The position numbers and the translations under genes are program-made. Source: Macrostomum lignano (Eukaryota). From it: DNA of 64,000 bases. The first letter of the stretch is position 1. The number at the start of each line of letters is the position of its first letter. The notes under the pieces are model-generated. The model did not search any database and had not been told where the DNA came from. It was given only the letters and a program-made list of their open reading frames with translations. The stretch spans positions 12,472-76,471 of the forward strand of contig NIVC01002142.1 in the NCBI GenBank assembly GCA_002269645.1, written 5' to 3'. Shown in pieces: positions 50,815-63,374 of this stretch.

Positions 50815-51585
50815 ATGGTTAAAGGTGCACAGTGCATTGGAGGCACAAAAGGTGAACAAAGTAGGAATTGGTGTATTGGTGGAGTGAAAGGTGAAAAAAA
50901 GGTGCACAGTGGGCACTTTAGGCGTAGAGGCAATGCAAGGGGCGTTCCTCACTATTCTTTGAACAGATTCAAAACTTTTCCTGAGTATTTGAAAGTCATT
51001 AAAACTTATCAGTATAGGAGATGTTTACTTTCGTGGTTTGTCAGGAGTTGGAAGGGGATAGCAGCGATTAGTATAGGTGTAAATGTAAATAAAGCTTTTC
51101 TATGTTATATCGGTGCGTGTAATGTACGAGTATGTAACTCTCAGTTAATTTTTTGTTACAAATTATTAATGCGTTAATATTCGTGCATAGGCATGGAAGG
51201 TGAGCGAGGTGCACAAAATAGGCACTTTAAGGGTATATTTCGAGCGTGTTTTGGAAATGCACCTGTATACATACCTTAGGTATTTACGCCGCACATGTAC
51301 ACCTTATGCACCTGCTGTGCCTCACTTGTGAGCCTGCTGTTCACCTTTTGCGCACCTCCAGTGCCCCTTACGCACCTTTACTGCCCCTACCGCCGCAACC
51401 AATTAAAATTGAGAATTCACCTACTGTCTGACCACTTCACCGATTTTACACCTTTCATGCCTCTTTTCAAAAATATTAGTGACATTTAGGCATAAAAGGT
51501 GCACTCAGTTGCATTTCCAAGCATTTCCATAGGTCACTAAGGTGCCTCTTTTGTGCACCTCGCTCACCTTTTATGCCTCTGCAGG
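50815..51585. mobile_element. Foldback-like/MITE relic with nested inverted repeats
   Basis: AAGGTGAGCGAGGTGCACAAAATAGGCAC (~51195) is inverted at GTGCCTCTTTTGTGCACCTCGCTCACCTT (~51545). AAAAGGTGAACA (~50845) is inverted at ~51335. Confidence 0.55.
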
Positions 51586-52299
51586 TGCATAACTTTTCCA
51601 ACGGGGCAAGTTAAATTAAATTTCCATTTCTAATCAACTGCAGTATCCCGACTCTTCAGTTATTGTGTTATTATCAATAAACAAATGATTCAATAATCAA
51701 ACTCCGTAGCTCGTGCTTGCCAAGTGAGTTAATTTTACCGTTCAAATATTTATTGAATTTTTGCCCAGCGAAGTGCATTGGCAAATTTAACAATAAATTA
51801 ATATTAGATTAGTTGTATGTCGGACCTAATTGTGCTGCTGACTTGCATTTATCCGATGACAGTTTATGTTTATTGAAATTTGTCAATTCAAATCTAAAAT
51901 CAACACTACCGTTCGTGTACTTTTGGATATCAAATAATTACTCTTATCTATCTATGGATTGCGCTGCTCCAAGGTCTGTGAAGTTTTACCTGTCCTGGGT
52001 TCGCTGTCGATCAGGTTAATTACTTTTATTGCCTGGAATCTGCACTCTTAAAACTGTGTTTTTCCCTTCGTTTTTGCTCTTACAGCATTGCTGCGACTGT
52101 GTGCTTATCTATGCTGATTTGCCATTTTTTCTTTGTTGTTCTGCCTGCTCTTGTGTCACTTTTTCTGGTTGACCGGCCAGCCGTTCTAAACGGGAATATT
52201 AAATCTTTGTTTTATATACCAGAGTTGTCTTAATTGTCTAGTTGTTTGTTGCTTTATAAAGTAGTTGGCTCCTTAAGTGCACTGCCACCACCACCCACA

Positions 52300-52720
52300 G
52301 TTTCCCAGTTGCTTGGCCAGCCTCCCAGATCCTCAGCTGCTGGGCCAGCCTCCCAGATCCTCAGTTGCTGGGCCAGCCTCCCAGATCCTCAGCTGCTGGG
52401 CCAGCCTCCCAGATCCTCAGCTGCTGGGCCAGCCTCCCAGATCCTCAGTTGCTGGGCCAGCCTCCCAGATCCTCAGTTGCTGGGCCAGCCTCCCAGATCC
52501 TCAGCTGCTGGGCCAGCCTCCCAGATCCTCAGTTGCTGTGCCAGCCTCCCAGATCCTCAGTTGCTGGGCCAGCCTCCCAGATCCTCAGCTGCTGGGCCAG
52601 CCTCCCACATCCTCAGCTGCTGGGCCACCGCCACTCTCCCAGATCCTCAGTTGCTGGGCCACCGCCACTCTCCCAGATCCTCAGTTGCTGGGCCACCGCC
52701 ACTCTCCCAGATCCTCAGCG
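52300..52720 (-). repeat. 28-bp minisatellite family array
   Basis: Same unit in reverse orientation. Confidence 0.93.
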
Positions 52721-53169
52721 CTCGGTCGCTCCCCTGCAGATGAAATGAGAATCTGAGCAAGCGGAAGCAATATATGTAGCAACTTGATTTTCCGTACTTA
52801 CCAATTTTCTTTACTCAAAGACTACTTTAAACGCTTGTGTTATGTAAATATCTGTCCATGTACAAGCACATCCATGCAGTTGAAAATTTACACATTTTAT
52901 ACAATATAATCAACAGTGTGTCCAAGCTCAGCTCGCTACTTCTCAAAGCCTCAGTGTCTTATAATAGAATAGAGTTTTAAGCTGGCTTTGTGTTCGATTT
53001 TTCTTTGCCTTTTGCGTCTTTAAATTTTGTCTGCTTTTGTTTTAGTTTTTAAAGCTTCAAAATCGAACTTCTTTAATTGAGTTTTCAATTCAAACCATTG
53101 AATTTGTTACCTTAGATTCTGAAAGCTCGTGTTCTGGCATTTATGCTGCAGCCTCCCCAAACTCCATCT

Positions 53170-54055
53170 CCAGAACCACACCCAGATCCTCAGCTGCTAG
53201 GCCAGCCTCCCAGATCCTCAGTTGCTGGGCCAGCCTCCCAGATCCTCAGTTGCTGGGCCAGCCTCCCAGATCCTCAGTTGCTGGGCCAGCCTCCCAGATC
53301 CTCAGTTGCTGTGCCAGCCTCCCAGATCCTCAGTTGCTGGGCCAGCCTCCCAGATCCTCAGTTGCTGGGCCAGCCTCCCAGATCCTCAGTTGCTGGGCCA
53401 GCCTCCCAGATCCTCAGTTGCTGGGCCAGCCTCCCAGATCCTCAGTTGCTGTGCCAGCCTCCCAGATCCTCAGTTGCTGGGCCAGCCTCCCAGATCCTCA
53501 GTTGCTGGGCCAGCCTCCCAGATCCTCAGTTGCTGGGCCAGCCTCCCAGATCCTCAGTTGCTGGGCCAGCCTCTCAAATCCTCAGTTGCTGGGCCAGCCT
53601 CCCAGATCCTCAGTTGCTGGGCCAGCCTCTCAAATCCTCAGTTGCTGGGCCAGCCTCCCAGATCCTCAGTTGCTGGGCCAGCCTCCCAGATCCTCAGTTG
53701 CTGGGCCAGCCTCCCAGATCCTCAGTTGCTGTGCCAGCCTCCCAGATCCTCAGTTGCTGGGCCAGCCTCCCAGATCCTCAGTTGCTGGGCCAGCCTCCCA
53801 GATCCTCAGTTGCTGGGCCAGCCTCCCAGATCCTCAGTTGCTGGGCCAGCCTCTCAAATCCTCAGTTGCTGGGCCAGCCTCCCAGATCCTCAGTTGCTGG
53901 GCCAGCCTCTCAAATCCTCAGTTGCTGGGCCAGCCTCCCAGATCCTCAGTTGCTGGGCCAGCCTCTCAAATCCTCAGTTGCTGGGCCAGCCTCCCAGATC
54001 CTCAGTTGCTGGGCCAGCCTCCCAGATGCTCAGTTGCTGGGCCAGCCTCCCAGAC
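53170..54055 (-). repeat. 28-bp minisatellite family array (~31 copies)
   Basis: Same unit, highly homogeneous. Confidence 0.95.
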
Positions 54056-55084
54056 ACTTGCATAGAATTCGTTGGTTTGAATTCTACAAAAGTAATTATT
54101 CTCCATAATCGTGCAACATTCTTCTCTGCATTCCGTTCCCATATCTCATATTTATTGTGATTTGTATGTCCATCTGCGCACCGTCTGTGAGCACTGTTTT
54201 ATTGTGCGTAGATCATTGTCAATTGTTATGCAGTCTCAAGTTGCCTTTAGGTGCGCCCGGTTTTCTTTAGTAAAACGCAAGCGGCCTGTCGCCATATTGA
54301 ATGGCAGTTTTATGTTCAAATTTGCTACTCAATAAACAGTAATCGATACAGGCTTTTTGCGCTGCTGTCGCCCCAGCACCTCCGTCTCTTACCTGTGCTA
54401 GCGGTGCCGCTTTCACATTTTTACCCCAGCTGATTAATTTATCCTACCAAATATGCAGCCTAGTACTTCAATACTGACTTCTCACTTTACTCTCTGCAGA
54501 CTCAAGTTTGTTGTTTGCGTTTTTTGCTCTCTTAGAACTTTTTGCCTGCTTTGTCTTTTTATCTTAACGTTTTTTATCCAGCTTTTTCCCTCTGTTCACG
54601 CGGGCGGCGGCGGCGCGGCTGTCTCGCTGCTCCGCCTGTGTTCTCGTCCTCGGCTGTCTGTTGTGGTGCTTTTTCCCTCAGTTTTCTAGACATCTGACCC
54701 CCAGCGTTTTGTTTGCCCCGGCACGCTACTGAAAGAAGTAGTTGCGTTTCAAAAACTGTTAAATTTCACCTTTGGTCGTACTCGGACCTGCAGCTTTTTT
54801 GAAACTAAAAACAATTCTCAACGCTGACAGTGTCAAAGTAATTATTAAATCACAATAAATTGTGGATTGATTTGATTCAATAGCCGATTTTCTAGCCTTA
54901 AAACTGATCGTTTCTACCTGCCCTCACCTGAAAACTTTTGGTCGGAGCGGTCTGGCGAGCTTTACTTTTATTTCTCTCTGTTGTCACTTAGCCAATTTTC
55001 TATATGAAATAAAAACTGGGACAATTGGAAAATCGATAACCGGTCTCACCGTGTCTCAGTCTCCCTTATGTCTCCCTTACATCG

Positions 55085-55245
55085 CAATTTATAGCCCTTC
55101 GCGTACGTACGCCTACGCAATTCTCAGCCCCCTTATGTACACCTACGCAATTCTCAGACCCCTTATGTACACCTACGCAATTCTCAGACCCCTTATGTAC
55201 ACCTACGCAATTCTCAGACCCCTTATGTACACCTACGCAATCGAC
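55085..55245 (+). repeat. 30-bp minisatellite (CCCTTATGTACACCTACGCAATTCTCAGAC)
   Basis: About 5 copies. Confidence 0.88.
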
Positions 55246-56581
55246 AGCCTCCCTTGTGTAAGTTGTGTACAATGTTCACGTACACCCACCTATTTTTATT
55301 TCAGTTAGCTTTCATTTTATGATACATATTTAGTATTTATACATTCTAGAAATTAAGATACGAATCGCACCGTCTGAGCCGTTTGAGCTAATCAATTCCC
55401 GGTAGGTGAGGGGTGACAGGTCTCGTAGTGGCTTATGGATAGTCGCTTAAAAGCTTTATAGCGTTAGCGGCAGCTGCTTAGCCGCTCCACTTCAGACTGA
55501 ACTGGCGCTCTTCCTGCGACGCCACTCCCCGATTCCCAGTGTGTTTCGAGCAGTATTATAAATTACTCGGGGCTATTCGATCCGGCCGTCCTGCCCTCCG
55601 GTCTCTCATCGCCTCCGCTAACAAAGTCCCGTCTCTTCCTCCTCCTCCTTGAGTCTCCATTATTTTTTATTGACAGAAATTCTGAGGGAAAGTAATCCCG
55701 GCTTCTCCGCCAGTCTCAGGGCGGATAAATGCGTCTGCTGCGACTAGTGCGTCTTTCGAACCCCTCGTGGATTACAAAAAAATTCATGCAGAGTCGCGGG
55801 GCGCTGCATGCTTTTGGCCGAAATGGATGAGGAGAAAAATTCCCAATTCCTGTGGGACTGGGAGATGGAAAACATCAGCCGAGAGGTAAGCAAGCTGAGA
55901 AAGAAGAGCCACGGGGATCAGGATGGGGACGGGATCAATACCTGGGTTGGGGGGAGAGAATTTATGCCATCCCTGCTGCAAGATCCATGCAAATCTTGGC
56001 ACAAATAGTAACTGGATACGATCGACAGACTCTTGCACCGATGCAGCTAGCGGGCCTTTTTCTCTCTCTTCCCATCTCCCCATCCCATCGCTGCGGCACT
56101 CCCCGATCTGGCCATCCGGCCGCACCGCGTCTTCACTCCTTCGGGCTTGCAAAGTGGGGTCGCGCCCCGCCGGAGAAAAGAGCAGCAATTTGCTCTCTCC
56201 GGTTCCCGCTGCTCCGGAGCGAAGTGAGAATTGGAAACTCAGAGAAAGGCTACACGGGGCTCCCTGCTCGGGTGACGCCCGACGCGAAATGTCAAAACCT
56301 ATCCTGCTGTCCCCGCCTCCGCCCTCTGCCCCCCGAGAGCCCTAGTTTGCTTTGGGATTGTTTTTTTTTACATTCTTAACTCCCATTGGCTGGCGTTGCC
56401 CCGGCAACCATTCTGCTGATCGGGGAGTGGCGAGGAAAGTTTTTAAGGAGGAGAGGAGGGGAGGCTGGGAAAAATCTGAGTGAGCTCGAACTGGACTGGA
56501 TATAAAACCCGGATGCTCAGTTCACACCAGACCAGCCAAGTAGTACGCGCCCCTTCCTGTTGAGATCCAAAGCCACTCAGC

Positions 56582-59500
56582 ATGTCACCCAAGAAGCAGC
56601 ACTTCAACTTTCTTCTGCTGCTTCTGCTAGTTATGGGCCAGCAGTCATTCGGTATGATCGGCAACACCTACTATTTCCGTGAGTTCTCGGAACATTCTGT
56701 TGCTGACTAACTGCTAGTAAATTAATCACCGTATACTTCCAACGCGCACATGTCCCTCAATTTTAGTGGCGGTCTACGATGCCCAGAATCGCGACCTGCT
56801 GGCCGCGGCGCAGAAGGCAATCGCCGATCTGAACGCCGGCACGCCCAGCGCTGTCCTGCCAGCCGGGAAGACCATCAACGTGACGGCTGTGCAATCCGGC
56901 TCTGAGTCGCTGTTCCAGACTGGTGAGTTACTGGAGACTCCATTTGCGAGGTGTTGCCGCATTGCACGGTAACGATCCCCCTTGCATACGAATACGTGCT
57001 GCGTGTACAGCGGCCCTGACTTTCTCAGGCATGTGCAATGCTCTGATATTTGGGTTTGGCCTCACAATCCGTGAATTGCGCGACAAAATTTCCGCGTCAA
57101 AACCCCTAGTTACTGTGGAATCGAACTCGGGGGCACGAGAGTCAGGCGCGCTACCGCTGCTACTCAACCGTGCACACCATTGAGCACACATCCGACGAAT
57201 AGACTGAAGCGCCGACAAGTGTACCTTCCACAGTCTAAATTAAAGCACTTCTGTGCCTTAAATCTCATTTACTTCGAAGTAGATCCTCTAACATGCAGTG
57301 AAATACGAGTAAATCAAGCAGCAGTTTCACCTTAATTTCTGAATACCTACCGCAGTTTGCAAGACAGGTAACGAGCACCTGCTGTGGATCGATGGCATCC
57401 TTGACTTCACCGCCCGGCCGTCCTGCGTTGAGGATCTAGCCAGAAATCTTGACGCGCCAATTATTAGGGCCTCCATGGAGCTCACGAACGATGTGCCGAA
57501 CGTTCACCCATCGCCAAGGAACTACATGCGAGCTGTGGCAGCCCTGCTGCTAAGAGACAATGCGACCCGCGATGGCATCATGGTGCTGTATGATGCTTCA
57601 TTCGGTAAGATTGCCTGTTTTCTAGTTTGTACTGCTTTCTACAAAAACCGTGCTTGTAATAGTTTGCCTACTAAACCATCTGCCACCAAAAACACAGACG
57701 CGGGCTCCATCCTGCCCTACGAGGACTACAGCTGGTATCCGCCAATCTACCTGCGAAAAATCCCTACCACAGCTGTTGAAGTGGCCACTCTGCTAGACGA
57801 AGCCAAGACTCTGCGCATTGCCGACTTTGTGGTCGCCTCTTCTGTGTCGAACGCGGCCATGGTTGTGCAGCAGGCCGGAGTGAAGTCGCTCATGGGCGGC
57901 ATCTATCACTGGTTCGTAGTCACCAAGGACTTGCAGGATTTCTCCTGCTCCGGCTGCGGCGCCGGCTCCAGTCTGTTCTTCTTCCGACAGACGGCAGCGG
58001 ACGCAACTCGGGCTACGGCGGTGTTCACTGCGGTGCAGTCGGCCACGGGCGTTGCGGTGGCCGAGAGTCGCAAGGTCGACGTATTATTCGCCTACGAGGC
58101 GGCCGAGACTATGGGCCGAGTGATCAAGGCTCAGACTGATGCCGGGTCTTTCGGCAACGCCACCAACTGGCTGGTGTGCAGCGGGGCGTACAGCCCGTCC
58201 ACGCCTGTGCGCTACAACGACTACACTGCTAAGCTGAAGGCTGTGAGCGACGCTTCGTGCTATTCCAGTCATTTCGGCAATCTCGTTTATTCATACCGTG
58301 TTAACATGCATGAACTATCCTGAACAAATTTACAGTTGCCGAGCTTCTCCAGCGTTATGGGTAACGTAGCGTTCGCCAGTACGCTGAGGAACACTGACAC
58401 GACATTCAAGATCGCCCAGATTGTTTACCCCGGCCCCACTGTGAACAATGTGAGCTGAGAGATTTTCTCATTCTTATGTAACTTGTGCTGAAAAGGGCAT
58501 CGCTTGACTCGATAACAATAAATTTCTGTCTCGGGCAGATCGGCACCTGGACCAAGGCGGCTGGCTTGGCCGGCTCAGTGTCAACCATCTCTCTCAGCTA
58601 CATGACCATCCGCAATCTGATTGTCCGACTAACTCACGTAAGAGAGCCGCACACAGCAAAGTTTGTAATGCTCTACGTATATTTTCACCATTTATTTGTA
58701 ACGACTTCATCACGCACTGACAGGATCCGCCATTCGTGATCAAGAAGACTGACGGCACATTCGAAGGCTACAGCATCGACATGCTGAAGAACTTAGCCAC
58801 CAACATGAACTTCAATTACACCCTGGTTGAGCAGACTGACGGCATCTACGGCACTCTGCAGTCAGATGGCACCTGGAATGGCATGATGGGCGCCCTCGCC
58901 AGTGGGGTGAGAAGCAATTAGGGCCTGACTTGACTGAGGCTAACTGACTGTACTGTGAGCTCGGTCAGTAATTAAATATACAAAAACAAAACGCAGGTCG
59001 CAGACATGGCCATCGGTCCCATCACGGTGACGGCGCAGCGCGAGCAGATAGCCGACTTCACTGTGCCAATCTACGACTACGTGTCGCTGCAGATTCTGCT
59101 GCTACAGCCGACCAGCTCCAAGGGCGACCAGACTTTCTTCCTCAAAGCGTTCACCTGGGACGTGTGGGTTAGCATCATTGCCATCATCACCTTCACCGGT
59201 TTTCTCATTTTCTTTGTTGACAAGTGAGTACGTTCTCTCTTTCTCTTTATTTATTATCTTCTAAAGGGCAACCTGTTACAATCACTCAGCTTAACAAACC
59301 CCGCCATTGCAGGGTGAGCCCGTTCTCCTTCCAAAACCGCTACCGGAACGATCAAATCCGCGAGGGCGAGGCGGAGGGCAAGGTGTTCACCGTGAAGGAG
59401 TCGCTCTGGTACGTGCTTGGCGCCTACACCCAGGCTGGCGAGAGCTTCGATCCCCGCTCGATGTCCTGCCGCACCATCATTGTGGGCTTCTGGCTGTTCG

Positions 59501-61941
59501 GCTACCTCATGATGTCGCTCTACACCGCCAACCTCGCCGCCCAGCTGACGGTGGACAAGCTGTCTCAGCCACCGCAGAGTTTCGACGAGCTGACCACCCA
59601 GGTGGCTATGAAGTACACCGTGATCAAGGACACCGCCTCCTACGAGCATTTCATGCGAATGAAGGACGCCGAGGCCAACCTGTACAACTACTGGCTGACC
59701 AGCGGCATCGGCACGGAGGAGACCGTCGACCAGCTGGCCTCCCTGGTCACCTGGAAGTACCCGGTGATCGAACGGTACACCACCGTGTGGAACCGCATGA
59801 CCAAGTGGGCTTCGCCACCAGCACAGAGCAGGCGCTCGACCGAGTCCGAAAAGAGAACATCGCCATCTTCCTGGAGAGCTCGCTGGTGAAATATTACACG
59901 GCCAAGACCTGCGACTTTATGACTGTCGGAGACCCGTTCGCGCCGAGACCCTACGGCATTGCTCTGCGCAACAAGTCGCCACTGCTCAAACAGATGAATG
60001 TCGCGTGAGTTGGTGCTCAACAGTAAGATTATGTTGACTTTAGCAGTGCAAGCATTAACTGGTTGCTAAGGAAATAACTTGAAGTGACATGCTCACAAAC
60101 CCATAAAAATATTAGAACTAAAGTTTCAAAAAATCAGTCTGTGCAGAATGCATTTTTTCATCTGATCACTCGGATTTCACCTCCTGTGCAAGATGGAGCC
60201 AAATCGATTGCAACCAGTTAATTAGGCTGTCGAATTGCCGCCATATTGCCTTAAGCTAAACGTCCCCCAAGTAACGCATGACAGGTTGGCGACCCGAAAC
60301 CTGATAGCTGACTGTATTGACATTTCGTCATTATTAGCAGTTATAAGGTATTGAATTTCAATGTAATCTCCGGGCCGGACTCAAATTACTCAGACCCAAT
60401 GTTTTCCACCTAACTGGTGTCTGTTGATTGCCTTAATAGAGCGGCTGGATTCAAAACTTTTCACCGTGTTCTACAGAAAAAAGCATTTTCAATAAATTGT
60501 TTAGTCAATGCATGATAGAAATTATTTAATACAAAAATTAATGAGGTGGCTGTTCAGGAGTAGGTGGCTGCTAAGGAGTGAGGTGGCTGATAAGGAATGA
60601 GGTGGCTGTTAAGGAGTGAGGTGGCTGGTAAGGAGTGAGGTGGCTGTTAAGGAGTGTGGTGGCTGTTAAGGAGTGAGGTGGCTGTTAAGGAGTGTGGTGG
60701 CTGTTAAGGAGTGAGGTGGCTGTTAAGGAGTGAGGTGGCTGTTAAGGAGTGTGGTGGCTGTTAAGGAGTGAGGTGGCTGTTAAGGAGTGTGGTGGCTGCT
60801 AAGGAGTGTGGTGGCTGTTAAGGAGTGAGGTGGCTGTTAAGGAGTGAGGTGGCTGTTAAGGAGTGAGGTGGCTGTTAAGGAGTGAGGTGGCTGTTAAGGA
60901 GTGAGGTGGCTGTTAAGGAGTGAGGTGGCTGTTAAGGAGTGAGGTGGCTGTTAAGGAGTGAGGTGGCTGTAGAGAAGCTAGTTACCTATAAAATGTGGCA
61001 GTAACAAACTTTGTTATAGCCTAGAGCAAGCTAAAAGTGACACCCCCTTTGGAACTTCAGCATCCTGTCTCTGAACGAGAATCGCGTCACCGAGACACTG
61101 AAGCAGTACTGGTGGTCGCGAGATAAGGTTACCTGTCAGGCCACTTCGTCTGCCTCATCAGGTGAGCCAGATTTGATTTGAGTCGGTTATTCTTCAATGC
61201 TTTATTATCAAAAGTTATTTTATAACATCCAATCCAATTCCACCGCCAGGCCTGAGCTTGGACACGCTGGGCGGCGCTTTTATCTTCTTCTGCATTGGCG
61301 TCGGCATCGCCCTAATCATGTTTGTGGCGGAGAAAATTGTCGCCAAGGTCTATGGCGTCGAATGGGCCAAAAATGTGCGCCTAAGTTTGCCGGGGCTGCT
61401 TTTTGCATTAAATTCTGCCTTATATCCTTGTCTGGATAAAACTTCAGAGTTCCTATTGTGTTTGTTTCCTTGAATTAGATTATATTGCGAATGTGAATCC
61501 GGAATGCATTGAGAATATTTGCGGCTTTAACTACACTATAAATCCTATAGCTTTGGTTTATTACTTGCATTTTATGAGTATAGGTATCGAAGTATCCTAT
61601 ATCAAGTCCATGTTTTTGCAAAGCAAACAAAATTTACTTTCTTAATTTTTTAGAACGCGGACGCCAAGCAGGTAAACACGCTAATGATGATGATGGGCCC
61701 GTCCACCGCCAACTTGCGCGCCTCAAATTCCTCGATTCGGCCGGCCACGGGTGGCCTGCCCAGACCTATGACCGGCCATGGCCGTGGAAGTGGCACCGGA
61801 CACGGTCGAACAGCGTGGAACCGGTCAAGTCGCCGGACGTCATGGAGCTTGAACAGGGTGCCCGTTAGAATTTGTCAAGCGATGAGCAACGAAGCTCGTG
61901 TGTCGGTGTGTTTCATCTCACAACTGACGGCGTTAACTTGA
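56582..61941 (+). CDS. Ir25a: IR25a-like ionotropic (variant glutamate) co-receptor with amino-terminal domain; 1-bp frameshift at ~59803
   Basis: Exons 56582-56651 (signal peptide), 56767-56922, 57356-57604, 57698-58242, 58336-58449, 58539-58637, 58724-58906 (DPPF..GYSIDML..YG..DGTWNGMMG), 58997-59223 (ADMAIGPITVTAQREQIADFT), 59313-60004 (M2/M3 YTANLAA; WKYPVIERYTTVW, compare IR25a WDYPVSDKYTKMW), 61061-61161, 61250-61374 (M4 LGGAFI), 61654-61941. The total of 2849 nt is one base short of in-frame. Confidence 0.85.
60545..60970 (+). repeat. 19-bp minisatellite (GAGGTGGCTGTTAAGGAGT), Ir25a-like intron
   Basis: About 22 tandem copies. Confidence 0.95.
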
Positions 61942-63374
61942 TATCGTTTATTTGTTTAATAAGGGCTGTGTGAACTGAAAGTGCGAACTAATTAAAAGTT
62001 AATGTACAGACAGGGGAAGAAAACTAAGAGCCGTTATTCTGGGGCCAGTGGGGGTTGATCAGATGTACACTGAGGGTGAGAAAATCTACGGCCAGTTGGG
62101 CGTCGGATGGGTCGAAATGTACGTTCTGTGTAATAAAACTGAGGGGTGGCGGTTCCCTTTATTCCAGGGCAAGTGTTGGGTTAGCAGATAACGGTCGATC
62201 AGTCTGTACACCAGGGGTAGGAAAAGTCAGGGTATGACTACACCGGGTCCCGGTTTAGAATAACAGAGAAGACAGAGTGAGTGGCTATCGATCGGTCAAT
62301 TTTACGTACCGTTTGCTTTGTTTAAAAAGTCCGCTTTCAGATGAAGCTTATTATCGAACTCGTTGAAGACAGATTTTTTAATATTTTTACGAGTACATGT
62401 AGTGTGCTTTTAGTTTTCTCTATTTTATCAACCCGTAGTATCAAAACAAACACTTGCACAGCAGCCAAGTATAGAGCGATACATTTATATTTCTATATGT
62501 TGTACAACAGCAGAATAAATCCCTTAGTTGTGTGTGTAGCTCATAGTTTACCTAGCGCAACCGAACTCCTGTGAACTCATGGGAAAGCACTTTAACTGGC
62601 TGTGCAAATTTTCTAAGCCAAATCATATCAAGGCTTGTGTGAACTATGTAGTTATTTTTCCAGGTTTTTGTGACACTTTAATGCATTATTGCTTGGCTAA
62701 CTGTAATCGACTCTTGCCCGAGATGCGCACTGAGCAACATGTTAAAGTTTCCACCCGAACCAGTGGTCAACTTTTCTCAGACCTCAACCCCATGTGACGC
62801 ATCAACGGTTGGTGCTGATGCACAAGGCCTTAGCTCAGGCTGGTGAGGAGACAGTTTATGGAGTTATGGCTCTTGTAGACCACTAGGTTTTGGGGCGGTA
62901 ACTTAACATGTTGCTGATGTTATTTATTCAAATGCACAAGATCAATATTTTAAAAAAGATCAATCGAATCAAAACTTTTTTATGCTTATGCATCTATTTT
63001 TTTATATAACATTACCTACGCCGCACTGACACTTGGTTTTTCTTCTCTCGTGCAACTCTGTTTTATGAGGTGAGGTGGTGCATCTGAAATTTATATTCAA
63101 GCGTTTACCGCTTAGCACTTTTGTTTAACCTTGGAGTTTACTAAAACCAGACAAATATATATACCTGGTAACTCTTTTGTTTTGACGCACGCCAGAATTG
63201 ATATTTGCCGCGGCAACTACTCTCTGTTGCAGCTGGATTTGCGCCAGAAATATTCATTCAATTTTCGCTTTTCCCAGTTCTTTTAAGTTTTATTTACTGT
63301 ATGGTACTCATTAATCGAAGGATGTCGCACAGCAGTTAAATTGGATTTCTAGAACTAGGCAACCAAAAAATACC

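Noticed and set aside
52100-56450. Possible unannotated gene or lncRNA (splice-like sites, short ORFs at 54580-54700 and 55808-56379)
   Set aside because: I could not build a coherent exon chain or find recognisable motifs, and the ORFs are short and overlap in several frames.
26205-60970. CRISPR-like appearance of regular repeats (21, 30, 43, 19 bp)
   Set aside because: The repeats are head-to-tail without unique spacers, there are no cas genes, and the context is eukaryotic.
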